Source of the DNA: a phage
DNA: 37,196 nucleotides
Sequence record: PZ445539.1
Strand: one strand, 5' to 3'
The notes beneath the pieces were generated by a model. That model saw nothing but the letters and a program-made list of their open reading frames with translations, did not search any database and was not told where the DNA came from. The number at the start of each line of letters is the position of its first letter. The stretch's first letter is position 1. A program made the translations under genes and the position numbers. Below are positions 10,401 to 18,883 of the stretch, one piece after another.

Positions 10401-10721
10401 ACAATGTTCGCTTTCGCAAAAGGCGGGGCCGGAATCATGGGCGAGGCTGGCCCGGAGGCAATCATGCCGCTGACCCGCGCGCCGGATGGTTCTCTCGGTG
10501 TTCGTGCGGTCGGAGGTGGCGGCGGTCAGCCCGTATCGTCGGCGCCACAGGTTTATATCACTATCGATGGCAACGGCAACACCTCAACGCAAACCTCACC
10601 AGGCCTTGAGCAATTTGGTGCCGAAGTCGGGAAATTTGTCGATCAGCGATATAAGCAGAATGTAATGCGTGATATCCGCCCCGGCGGTGACATCTGGAAC
10701 GCAATGAAAGGAACCCGATAA
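7434..10721 (+). CDS. tail tape measure protein
   Basis: 1095-aa ORF, Ala/Gln-rich coiled-coil character, Gly-rich C-terminal region; follows G/GT pair. Confidence 0.9.
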   Translation: MATLRELIIKISANSSSFQSEIARASRMGTDYYRTMEQGGKKAAAATRETQRSLADLNSQLATVRSSAAGLAGAWAGAFATHQLIQFADTWNQLNGRLRLASSSSEDYVQSQRVLMEISQRTGTSLEANSNLYSRIAQSLRDAGYASADVAKVTETVATSLKLSGASTEEASSVITQLSQALGSGVLRGEEFNSIMENGGRLAKLLADGLGTSVGGLRNMANNGELTTNKIVPLLTNVEILRKEFDTLPASISGSAQKVQNAFLAWVGGANDAVGASSTLSGVLDGLANNIDDLANTAGILVGVGLARYFGNMVGSVAQSTRAVLANTAAEVALAQAQVRGAQVSVAAGRQAVYRAQQARAAATSIEAQIVAERNLAAAQASLNTALAGRTSAVNNLTNTASVMSRLGSGVLGILGGWPGVIIGAGAAMYGLYQHTQQVHREAVGFANNLDEINTKLQQMSVLGLRSTAADARTSLQAQKQDLADLDSQIAKVKDSLKAVDQIQQDYNRHPTLTLINTFMDQADITAKNIELTDKLNQLEYQREQAASKVEQTQKLVNQASDLATQKAIEQAGAVSILKGAYDLLNRSMSATAGAKPPQYAGPVVSLANATPQQQTALERSRRDNELASLSGLEKLHQQHVYEAEDLKLTGALYTQYIYNKDQAAKKDAAAAEAKKTSTAASKAQSKAEREAASTAEQYSRKMADLSVAIDVQRVRATEGEKASELYAASHQAGTKWTDEQRKAIQASSAELAKWTQKADENVRKQREQADALKDLTEAARKFRDEATLTTETAGMSDRQRSRFDETQQIDRVFAKAGGDKSTQAVIARSEALDALDKKYKAIAAAEADWMSGVSRGYANWFDEISNVSGTVSDGVKTTLDSAFGNVTSMLEGNKVSWKSWGISVLQIIEKVALQMAVVSAMGGASSGSGIFGSLIGSVGSFFGGGAGASASTGTAVSSYGSSFQFNAKGGVYDSPSLSAFSNGIVRNPTMFAFAKGGAGIMGEAGPEAIMPLTRAPDGSLGVRAVGGGGGQPVSSAPQVYITIDGNGNTSTQTSPGLEQFGAEVGKFVDQRYKQNVMRDIRPGGDIWNAMKGTR

Positions 10722-10723
10722 CT

Positions 10724-11062
10724 ATGGCCATTGAAACTTTCACCTGGTGCCCACGAATTAACGCGGAGGCTGATACAAATTTCCGCGTCAGGAAAGCACA
10801 GTTTGGTGATGGATATGAGCAGGTTTCAGGGGATGGATTGAACACCAGAACCCAGCAATGGACGCTCAACTTCACTGGCAACGAAACCTACATTTCTGCC
10901 ATTAAATCTTTTCTCGACAGGCATGAAGGAACGAAAGCCTTTCAATGGAAGCCACCGCTCGAACCTTTGGGTTTGTATCGTTGCGAAACGTATAAACCCA
11001 CCGGGCTTGGCGCGGGGAAATTCAACCTTGAAGCAACATTCATCCAGGCATTTAAACCATGA
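10724..11062 (+). CDS. minor tail protein (lambda gpM-like)
   Basis: 112-aa ORF directly after tape measure; size and order as in lambda M. Confidence 0.75.
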   Translation: MAIETFTWCPRINAEADTNFRVRKAQFGDGYEQVSGDGLNTRTQQWTLNFTGNETYISAIKSFLDRHEGTKAFQWKPPLEPLGLYRCETYKPTGLGAGKFNLEATFIQAFKP

Positions 11063-11817
11063 GCTTAAACGCAGATTATCAAAAGCTGGAATCCGGAAAC
11101 GATGTTCGTCTGATTGAGGTGGACGGTTCTTCCTTTGGGCTAACGGACGTTCTCCGCTTTCACAATTACAGCATTCCCCACACAGAAGCGGAAATCATCG
11201 CCGCTGGTGGGGATGAGTCCAAGCTTCCGGCGAAACCAATCTGGTGGCAGGGAAATGAATATGCCGCCTGGCCATATCAACTGGAAGGTCTGGAGAAATC
11301 AACCAGTGGGAGCAATGCAACGCCATCCCTGACGGTTGCGAACATCGAAAGCTCCATTTCAGCCCTGTGTCTTGCGTATGACGATCTGCTGCAGGCGAAA
11401 GTCACTATTCACGACACAAAAGAGAAATATCTCGATGCCAGAAATTTCGCAGACGGCAACCCCACAGCAGACCCGACTCAGGAAAAGCTGCAGGTCTGGT
11501 ATATCGACGGGAAAACGGGCGAGCTTGCCGGCGAAACCGTTGAATTTGTTCTGTCCAGCCCGATGGATCTGCAGGGGCAAATGATCCCGACGCGACAGCT
11601 TCATTCCCTGTGTACCTGGTGCATCCGGAATAAATATCGTACCGGCGACGGCTGCGACTATGCCGGCACCCGCTATTTCGAAAAAAACAACAACCCGGTA
11701 AGCGATCCGTCGCTGGATGAATGCAACGGCACGCTGACGGCCTGCAAACTCCGATTCGGCGAAAATAACGAACTCTCGTTTGGTGGCTTCCCGGGCACGT
11801 CTTTGATCAGGAGTTGA
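11059..11817 (+). CDS. minor tail protein (lambda gpL-like)
   Basis: 252-aa ORF with C-terminal Cys cluster (CTWC...C...C) as in gpL. Confidence 0.75.
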   Translation: MSLNADYQKLESGNDVRLIEVDGSSFGLTDVLRFHNYSIPHTEAEIIAAGGDESKLPAKPIWWQGNEYAAWPYQLEGLEKSTSGSNATPSLTVANIESSISALCLAYDDLLQAKVTIHDTKEKYLDARNFADGNPTADPTQEKLQVWYIDGKTGELAGETVEFVLSSPMDLQGQMIPTRQLHSLCTWCIRNKYRTGDGCDYAGTRYFEKNNNPVSDPSLDECNGTLTACKLRFGENNELSFGGFPGTSLIRS

Positions 11818-11818
11818 T

Positions 11819-12529
11819 ATGCGTCAGAAAACCATCGATGCGATTATGGCGCATGCTGCAGCTGAATATCCTCGCGAGTGTTGCGGCGTGGTAGCGCAGA
11901 AAAGCCGTGTTGAACGTTATTTCCCGTGCCGGAATCTTGCCGCGGCGCCGGAGGACAATTTTGTCCTTTGCCCCGAAGACTATACAACTGCTGAGGACTG
12001 GGGAACGGTGATCGCCATCGTTCACAGTCATCCTGACGCCACGACACAACCGAGCGAATTGGATAAAGCGCAATGCGATGCAACGCTTTTGCCGTGGCAC
12101 ATCGTGAGCTGGCCTGAGGGGGATTTACGCACCATCCAGCCGCGTGGGGAGCTGCCGCTGCTGGAGCGTCCGTTTGTGCTTGGACACTTCGACTGCTGGG
12201 GGCTGGTAATGAGCTATTTCCGGCAAACGCATGGTATCGAGCTCCACGATTACCGGGTGGATTATCCCTGGTGGGAAAACGACTATCCGGACAACTTCTA
12301 TCAGGATTGCTGGTATGAGTGCGGATTCCGTGAATTCGACGGGCCACCGAAACCCGGCGATATGGTGATTATGCAGGTCCAGGCCGATAAGTGGAATCAC
12401 GCGGGAATTCTGCTGGAGGGAAATATGCTGCTGCACCACCTGTACGGACATCTGAGCCAGCGCGTGCCGTATGGTGGCTACTGGCAGGAAAGGACGATGA
12501 AGGTTCTACGATATAAGGACCTGTGCTAA
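11819..12529 (+). CDS. tail tip assembly protein (lambda gpK-like; JAMM/MPN plus NlpC/P60-type domains)
   Basis: 236-aa ORF with JAMM-like motif AIVHSHPD and C-terminal Cys/His region. Confidence 0.75.
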   Translation: MRQKTIDAIMAHAAAEYPRECCGVVAQKSRVERYFPCRNLAAAPEDNFVLCPEDYTTAEDWGTVIAIVHSHPDATTQPSELDKAQCDATLLPWHIVSWPEGDLRTIQPRGELPLLERPFVLGHFDCWGLVMSYFRQTHGIELHDYRVDYPWWENDYPDNFYQDCWYECGFREFDGPPKPGDMVIMQVQADKWNHAGILLEGNMLLHHLYGHLSQRVPYGGYWQERTMKVLRYKDLC

Positions 12530-12560
12530 CCTTTTGTAAAACAAAAAAGGGGTTAGGGAT

Positions 12561-12908
12561 ATGAGGAAATTTCTTTCGATATTGGCGTGTAGCCTGATTA
12601 TTGTTGGTTGCTCACCTTCGGAAAAGGATTTTATTGACATGGGGGAATCCTTAGTTAAAGACACCCTCAAAGATCCTGATAGCGCTAAGTTTGAATCATT
12701 TTTCCGTGATTTCGGAGAAAATACTGGATATGTTTGCGGTTATGTGAATGCTAAAAATTCATACGGCGCATATACGGGTAAAAAACCATATTATGTGCGG
12801 ATTGAGGTCAAAGATGGAAAGGTCAATGATCATGGACCAATCATCATTATTAATGACCAAGACCAAAAGAAAATTGATTCATATGAGTCAATCTGTCAAA
12901 AGGACTGA
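12561..12908 (+). CDS. lipoprotein, unknown function (moron)
   Basis: Signal peptide with lipobox LIIVGC; strong ribosome-binding site; AT-rich codon usage unlike flanking tail genes. Confidence 0.7.
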   Translation: MRKFLSILACSLIIVGCSPSEKDFIDMGESLVKDTLKDPDSAKFESFFRDFGENTGYVCGYVNAKNSYGAYTGKKPYYVRIEVKDGKVNDHGPIIIINDQDQKKIDSYESICQKD

Positions 12909-12914
12909 TGTGCG

Positions 12915-13250
12915 ATGAAAAAGATTATCCTCCCAATTTTTATCTTTCTGCTGATGGGGTGTTCTGTTTCCTCACTGGAAGAACAAAAACCTATTCTATC
13001 AGAGCATTCAACAAAAACTGTTGAGGAAGTTAACCGTTGCCTTGCTCCTAAATGGGTGGAACTACGATCTTCAAGCTCCAGCATACCCACTGAGTCAGGA
13101 TACAAAATCACAGCATCTGACGATATATTCGGTGCTCTTTCAGTAGTGAATATCGATAAATCAGCGACAGGCGGAAGCGATATAAAGGTTTATGCCGTCG
13201 CGAAAGGTTGGAACGACCACTGGGCTACGGCCGCCAGATCATGTCTTTGA
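12915..13250 (+). CDS. lipoprotein, unknown function (moron)
   Basis: Signal peptide with lipobox LLMGC; AT-rich; followed by terminator. Confidence 0.7.
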   Translation: MKKIILPIFIFLLMGCSVSSLEEQKPILSEHSTKTVEEVNRCLAPKWVELRSSSSSIPTESGYKITASDDIFGALSVVNIDKSATGGSDIKVYAVAKGWNDHWATAARSCL

Positions 13251-13269
13251 AAAAACATAAATAATCCAA

Positions 13270-13291
13270 GCCACCTTCGGGTGGCTTTTTT
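13270..13291 (+). terminator. intrinsic terminator after lipoprotein moron
   Basis: GCCACC-ttcg-GGTGGC hairpin followed by TTTTTT. Confidence 0.65.
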
Positions 13292-13306
13292 GTATGGAGA
13301 ATAAAA

Positions 13307-13906
13307 ATGCCAGAGGTCATGACCCGAATTGAACTCGGCGGTGTTTTGGGTAAAACCTACGGAAAGGTTCACCATCGATTAATACGCACAACCGCTGAGG
13401 CCATCAACTCTCTTACGAAAACTATAAACGGGCTGGAGAAATTCCTGATCACCAGCAAAGCAAGGGGCCTGACTTACGCCGTTTTTAAAGATAAAAAAAA
13501 TATCGGAAAGGATGATTTTGGTTTTCCGGTAACCGGTGAGGTTATTCGAATTGTCCCGGTAGTAATCGGAAGTAAAAAAGCCGGTGTATTACAGACAATT
13601 CTTGGCGCCGTGCTCGTCGTTGTTGGGGTAGCCATTGGCTATTTCTCAGGTGGCACTCTATCAGCGGTGGGGTACGGGGCTGCGAAATTCGGTGCAGCCA
13701 TGATGCTGGGAGGTGTTGTCCAAATGCTATCTCCTCAACCTGCAGGTCTGGCCAGCAAACAAAGCGCTGACAACCGTGCATCATACGCATTCGGTGGTGT
13801 AACAAACACCGCGGCGCAAGGCTACCCGGTACCGCTCCTTTATGGCCGTCGGCGAATAGGCGGAGCGATTATTTCTGCCGGAATTTATGTCGAAGATCAG
13901 CAGTAG
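13307..13906 (+). CDS. tail assembly protein (lambda gpI-like)
   Basis: 199-aa ORF with hydrophobic Gly-rich central segment; position between K-like and J-like genes. Confidence 0.75.
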   Translation: MPEVMTRIELGGVLGKTYGKVHHRLIRTTAEAINSLTKTINGLEKFLITSKARGLTYAVFKDKKNIGKDDFGFPVTGEVIRIVPVVIGSKKAGVLQTILGAVLVVVGVAIGYFSGGTLSAVGYGAAKFGAAMMLGGVVQMLSPQPAGLASKQSADNRASYAFGGVTNTAAQGYPVPLLYGRRRIGGAIISAGIYVEDQQ

Positions 13907-13925
13907 ATAACTAACCTTTTTTCTG

Positions 13926-13948
13926 GCCACCTTCGGGTGGCTTTTTTT
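13926..13948 (+). terminator. second copy of the same hairpin, before J-like gene
   Basis: Identical GCCACC-ttcg-GGTGGC stem-loop followed by TTTTTTT. Confidence 0.55.
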
Positions 13949-13959
13949 ATGGGCGCAAT

Positions 13960-16900
13960 ATGGCTACAGATAAAGTGTTAAAGGGCCGCAAGGGCGGCAG
14001 CTCCAGTTCACGAACTCCTACCGAACAGCCTGATGATCTGCAATCTGTAGCGAAGGCAAAAATCCTCGTTGCGCTTGGCGAAGGGGAGTTTGCAGGTCAG
14101 CTAACCGGCAAAGATATCTACCTGGACGGAACAGCCCTGGAGAATGCTGACGGCTCCCAAAACTTCAGCGGCGTAACGTGGGAGTTTCGCGCGGGAACGC
14201 AGGCGCAAAAATATATTCAGGGTATTCCCGGTACCGAAAACGAAATCAGCGTAGGAACTGAGGTATCAAGCGCTACAGCATGGACGCGCACCTTTACCAA
14301 TACGCAGCTTTCAGCAGTTCGCCTACGTCTGAAATGGCCCTCGCTTTTCAAACAGGAGGACGACGGCGATCTGGTGGGTTACTCGGTCAATTATGCGATT
14401 GACCTGCAGACGGACGGCGGCACATGGCAGACGGTACTCAATACCAGCGTGACCGGCAAAACGACGTCTGGTTATGAGCGCAGCCACCGTATTGATTTAC
14501 CGCAGGCTGGCAGCACCTGGACAATACGCCTGCGTAAGATTACCTCTGACGCCAACAGCGCGAAGATCGGCGACACGATGACGCTGCAGAGCTTCACCGA
14601 GGTGATTGACGCCAAACTGCGCTACCCGAACACCGCGCTGCTCTACATCGAATTTGACTCAAGCCAGTTCAACGGCTCTATTCCTCAAATTTCATGCGAA
14701 CCGCGCGGCCGCGTTATCCGCGTTCCAGATACCTACGACCCTGAAACTCGCACTTATAGCGGTACATGGACCGGTGCGTTTAAGTGGGCATGGACGGATA
14801 ACCCTGCGTGGATTTTTTACGACCTGGTTGTTTCTGACCGGTTCGGCCTCGGGCACCGTTTGACCGCTGCAAATATTGATAAATGGACGCTTTATCAGGT
14901 TGCTCAGTATTGTGATCAGATGGTACCAGACGGCAAAGGGGGCAACGGTACCGAACCACGTTATACCTGCAACGTGTACATTCAGGACCGGAACGACGCC
15001 TACACAGTCCTGCGTGATTTTGCCGCTATCTTCCGTGGCATGACCTACTGGGGCGGGGATCAGATTGTGGCCCTGGCTGACATGCCGCGCGATGTTGATT
15101 ACAGCTACACGCGCGCTAACGTTGTTGGCGGTCGCTTCACCTATTCGAGCAGCACCACGAAAAGCCGCTACACCACAGCGCTGGTTTCATGGTCAGACCC
15201 TGGTAACGCTTATGCCGACGCGATGGAGCCGGTTTTTGAGCAGGCACTGGTGGCGCGATACGGCTTCAATCAGCTGGAAATGACAGCCATCGGCTGCACC
15301 AGGCAGTCAGAAGCGAACCGAAAGGGGCGCTGGGGTATTCTCACCAACAACAAGGATCGCGTTGTTTCGTTTGATGTCGGGCTGGACGGCAACATTCCGC
15401 AGCCGGGCTACATCATCGCCGTGGCAGACGAGCTGCTATCCGGAAAGGTTATGGGCGGCCGCATCAGCGCCGTTAACGGTCGCGTTATCAAACTTGACCG
15501 CGTGGCAGATGCAGCAGCGGGTGATCGCCTTATTCTCAACTTACCATCCGGAGTGTCGCAGAGCAGGACCATTCAGGCCGTAAACGGGGAATCAGTCACA
15601 GTAACCACGGCATACAGTGAGACGCCACAGGCCGAAGCTGTTTGGGTGGTTGAATCTGACGAGCTCTATGCGCAGCAGTATCGTGTTATCAGCGTTTCCG
15701 AAAAGGATGATGGCACGTTCTCGATTACTGGCGCATGGCACGACCCGGATAAATATGCCCGTATCGATACCGGAGCCATTATCGACCAGCGGCCGGTGAG
15801 CGTGATCCCGCCTGGTAACCAGTCGCCGCCTGCGAACATCGTGATCAGCTCGTTTTCCGTGGTTCAGCAGAATATCAGCGTCGAAACGATGCGCGTGAGC
15901 TGGGACCAGGCGCAGAACGCTATCGCCTATGAAGCGCAGTGGCGCCGCAACGACGGGAACTGGGTTAACGTGCCGCGCAGCTCCACAACGTCATTCGACG
16001 TCCCCGGAATTTATGCCGGGCGCTACCTGGTGCGCGTGCGCGCAATCAATGCCGCAGAAATTTCATCCGGATGGGGCTATTCAGAAGAGAAAACGCTGAC
16101 GGGTAAAGTGGGCAATCCACCGAAGCCGGTTGGCTTCATCGCTTCTGAAAATGTGGTATTCGGTATCGAACTAAATTGGGGATTCCCGGCGAATACCGAC
16201 GACACGCTGAAGACGGAAATTCAGTACAGCCTGACCGGTACCGAGGACGATGCGATGCTGCTGGCCGATGTGCCTTACCCTCAGCGTAAATATCAGCAGA
16301 TGGGCCTTAAGGCTGGGCAGATTTTCTGGTACCGCGCGCAGCTGGTGGACCGCAGCGGCAACGAATCCGGGTACACGGAATGGGTGCGAGGACAGGCCAG
16401 CATCGATGTTTCCGATATCACAGATGTGATCCTGGAGGAAATTAAAGACTCCGATACGTTCAAAGACCTGATCGAGAACGCGGTGGACAGCAATGAAAAA
16501 ATTGCTGGCATGGCTGACGACATCAAGCAGGCCAACGATGAACTTGAGCTGCAGGCGCAGGAAATCGCAAAAAACGCTCAGGACATCGGGGAGGTTCAGA
16601 CCAGCGTTAATGAGCTTTCGAGCACCGTTGGTGATGTGTCGTCTTCTCTCTCAGAGCTTGAGCAGACCGTTGCGACGGCTGATACCGCGCTGGGCCAGCG
16701 AATCGACAGCATTAGCGTGTCTATGGACGGCATGACAGGCGGGGTGAAGAACTCAGCCATTGCCATTATCCAAAACGGGCTGGCGCAGGTGGCCACGCGT
16801 AAATCGTTGTCGGCTTCGGTCGCCGGTAACAGTGCGCAGCTGGATCGTATTGATGAGGTAATCGTTAACGAGAAGGAGGCAACGGCGCGCTCTCTGCTGA

Positions 16901-17496
16901 GCCTGCAGACGGACGTCAACGGCAACAAGGCATCCATCAACAGCCTGAATCAGACGTTCTCCGACTATCAGCAGGCTACGGCCACGCAGATAAACGGCAT
17001 TACGGCGACCGTTAACGGGCATACCTCAGCCATCACCACTAACGCTCAGGCGATAGCCAACGTTAATGGCGACCTCAGCGCGATGTACAACATCAAGGTT
17101 GGTGTCTCCAGCAACGGGCAGTATTACGCCGCGGGGATGGGTATCGGCGTGGAGAATACGCCATCCGGCATGCAGTCGCAGGTTATCTTCCTGGCTGACC
17201 GCTTCGCCGTCACCACCGCAGCCGGAAATAGCGTGGCTTTGCCGTTTGTGATCCAGAACGGGCAGACATTCATCCGGGCCAGCTTCATCCAGGACGGCAC
17301 CATTGAGAACGCCAAAATCGGAAACTATATCCAGTCGAATAACTATGTGGCTGGTTCTGCAGGCTGGAAGCTTGATAAGGGAGGGACGTTCGAAATTAAC
17401 GGCGTGGCCGGGGGCGGGAGGATGCTGATATCCAGCACTCTCATTCGCATCTACGACAGCAACAACGTGCTGCGCGTCAGAATGGGGTTATGGTAA
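13960..17496 (+). CDS. central tail fibre / host specificity protein (lambda gpJ-like)
   Basis: 1178-aa ORF at the canonical position after I. Confidence 0.9.
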   Translation: MATDKVLKGRKGGSSSSRTPTEQPDDLQSVAKAKILVALGEGEFAGQLTGKDIYLDGTALENADGSQNFSGVTWEFRAGTQAQKYIQGIPGTENEISVGTEVSSATAWTRTFTNTQLSAVRLRLKWPSLFKQEDDGDLVGYSVNYAIDLQTDGGTWQTVLNTSVTGKTTSGYERSHRIDLPQAGSTWTIRLRKITSDANSAKIGDTMTLQSFTEVIDAKLRYPNTALLYIEFDSSQFNGSIPQISCEPRGRVIRVPDTYDPETRTYSGTWTGAFKWAWTDNPAWIFYDLVVSDRFGLGHRLTAANIDKWTLYQVAQYCDQMVPDGKGGNGTEPRYTCNVYIQDRNDAYTVLRDFAAIFRGMTYWGGDQIVALADMPRDVDYSYTRANVVGGRFTYSSSTTKSRYTTALVSWSDPGNAYADAMEPVFEQALVARYGFNQLEMTAIGCTRQSEANRKGRWGILTNNKDRVVSFDVGLDGNIPQPGYIIAVADELLSGKVMGGRISAVNGRVIKLDRVADAAAGDRLILNLPSGVSQSRTIQAVNGESVTVTTAYSETPQAEAVWVVESDELYAQQYRVISVSEKDDGTFSITGAWHDPDKYARIDTGAIIDQRPVSVIPPGNQSPPANIVISSFSVVQQNISVETMRVSWDQAQNAIAYEAQWRRNDGNWVNVPRSSTTSFDVPGIYAGRYLVRVRAINAAEISSGWGYSEEKTLTGKVGNPPKPVGFIASENVVFGIELNWGFPANTDDTLKTEIQYSLTGTEDDAMLLADVPYPQRKYQQMGLKAGQIFWYRAQLVDRSGNESGYTEWVRGQASIDVSDITDVILEEIKDSDTFKDLIENAVDSNEKIAGMADDIKQANDELELQAQEIAKNAQDIGEVQTSVNELSSTVGDVSSSLSELEQTVATADTALGQRIDSISVSMDGMTGGVKNSAIAIIQNGLAQVATRKSLSASVAGNSAQLDRIDEVIVNEKEATARSLLSLQTDVNGNKASINSLNQTFSDYQQATATQINGITATVNGHTSAITTNAQAIANVNGDLSAMYNIKVGVSSNGQYYAAGMGIGVENTPSGMQSQVIFLADRFAVTTAAGNSVALPFVIQNGQTFIRASFIQDGTIENAKIGNYIQSNNYVAGSAGWKLDKGGTFEINGVAGGGRMLISSTLIRIYDSNNVLRVRMGLW

Positions 17497-17792
17497 TGCC
17501 ACAGGGTTTGCAGTGTTGGGATAGTGCAGGGCGGGTAGCAGTGGATTTAAGCGATTACGCGATTCGTTACATGGGCAGCGCAACGGTTTCGCTTGCTTCA
17601 GGAGAGACGTCAAAAAATGTCGCTTTTTCTGGCGCAACGCAGGACGGGACGTTTGTCACAATCGTTTCAACTGGCGTGACTGTAAACGAGTATTTTTGCC
17701 GCGCTTATAACGGCGGCTTTACTCTCTACTATCTCCCCACGGGTGGAAGTGCCGCAATCACTCTCAATGTTGAGGTTTATAACTTTCAATGA
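17490..17792 (+). CDS. hypothetical protein, tail-distal region
   Basis: 100-aa ORF overlapping the J stop; no recognisable motif. Confidence 0.4.
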   Translation: MVMPQGLQCWDSAGRVAVDLSDYAIRYMGSATVSLASGETSKNVAFSGATQDGTFVTIVSTGVTVNEYFCRAYNGGFTLYYLPTGGSAAITLNVEVYNFQ

Positions 17793-18430
17793 GCGGATTC
17801 GAAGTTTACAACAGCGACGGAAAACTGCTGGTGGATTCACAAAACAGATCGACCCTGTTTTATGATAAGCGCACGCTGGGTGCCGTCACCGATAAAGGCG
17901 CCTACCGTGTTAACAGCCCGTTTGGTGATGGCAGTACGCTCGGCTTTACGCAGCAGTCATTCTGGAATGACGGCCGTTTAAGGTGGCTGCAGCTGGGCAC
18001 AAACAAATACGGTTTTCCTGGTGCTGATATGCTTGAAGATAATGCTGGTAGCATGATCCGAACTGCGCGAAATATTGGCTTGCAGAGTGGTTATCTCGAT
18101 GTGTTTGATAGTGCCGGCAGCCTTATCTGGAGCGCTGCATCAGCCTCTAAGATGCCGAGAGTCGTTGGGTTCTTTGACGTACCAGCTAACTATGACCTGC
18201 AGAACAATACCTTTTCAGTCAGTTTAAGCTTTAACCCCTGGATTCTGGTAAACAACTGCCCTGGAAACCTTAGCGATGATGGTACGGTTGTCGGGTATTC
18301 AGGTGTGGTGCTCAAATGGACTGGCTCTCAGCTGCAGGGCAGATACATTTCAAATAACCAGCGCAGCTGGAGCCAGACGTTTCAGGGGCGGGGCCTACGA
18401 ATCCCCATCGCTCAGTTTGTTGGAATTTGA
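17789..18430 (+). CDS. hypothetical protein, possibly tail-associated
   Basis: 213-aa ORF with start overlapping the previous stop; no signal peptide. Confidence 0.45.
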   Translation: MSGFEVYNSDGKLLVDSQNRSTLFYDKRTLGAVTDKGAYRVNSPFGDGSTLGFTQQSFWNDGRLRWLQLGTNKYGFPGADMLEDNAGSMIRTARNIGLQSGYLDVFDSAGSLIWSAASASKMPRVVGFFDVPANYDLQNNTFSVSLSFNPWILVNNCPGNLSDDGTVVGYSGVVLKWTGSQLQGRYISNNQRSWSQTFQGRGLRIPIAQFVGI

Positions 18431-18757
18431 CACGGGAGGAACGCGTGGATAATGAGTCGCGATCATATCTTGTTTCACGCCCTTTGCTGAATTAAAGCGA
18501 TAAACCACATCCAGCTTATCCGTTTTTTTATAGCAAATATTACTTAACCGTTTATTAATATGGCGGCTGAATATTCCGTTGCTACTGTCTGAAATAATAT
18601 CCACCTCTCTGGTGGCGCAGTCGATATTTACGTGAATATCACCACCCAGCGATAAACGAGCGGCATCAACCGGGTAATCCATCTGGAATGCGTTATCTGT
18701 GTGTGTGTTCGTACATCCAGCCACCAGAAAAAGCGCTGCAGCAAATAAAAGTTTCAT
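18395..18757 (-). CDS. lipoprotein, unknown function (antisense moron)
   Basis: Signal peptide with classic lipobox LVAGC; AT-rich; convergent with the upstream tail gene. Confidence 0.6.
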   Translation of the reverse strand: MKLLFAAALFLVAGCTNTHTDNAFQMDYPVDAARLSLGGDIHVNIDCATREVDIISDSSNGIFSRHINKRLSNICYKKTDKLDVVYRFNSAKGVKQDMIATHYPRVPPVSNSNKLSDGDS

Positions 18758-18883
18758 TTCAACATTCCTGTTTATGCGGGAACTTCCATTTTATTTGAGT
18801 TTAAAAAATAGTCAGATTGATATGAGCGATCAATTTTACACGATTGATCGCTTTTAACGATCGTTATTATCGTGAGGTAGTTC

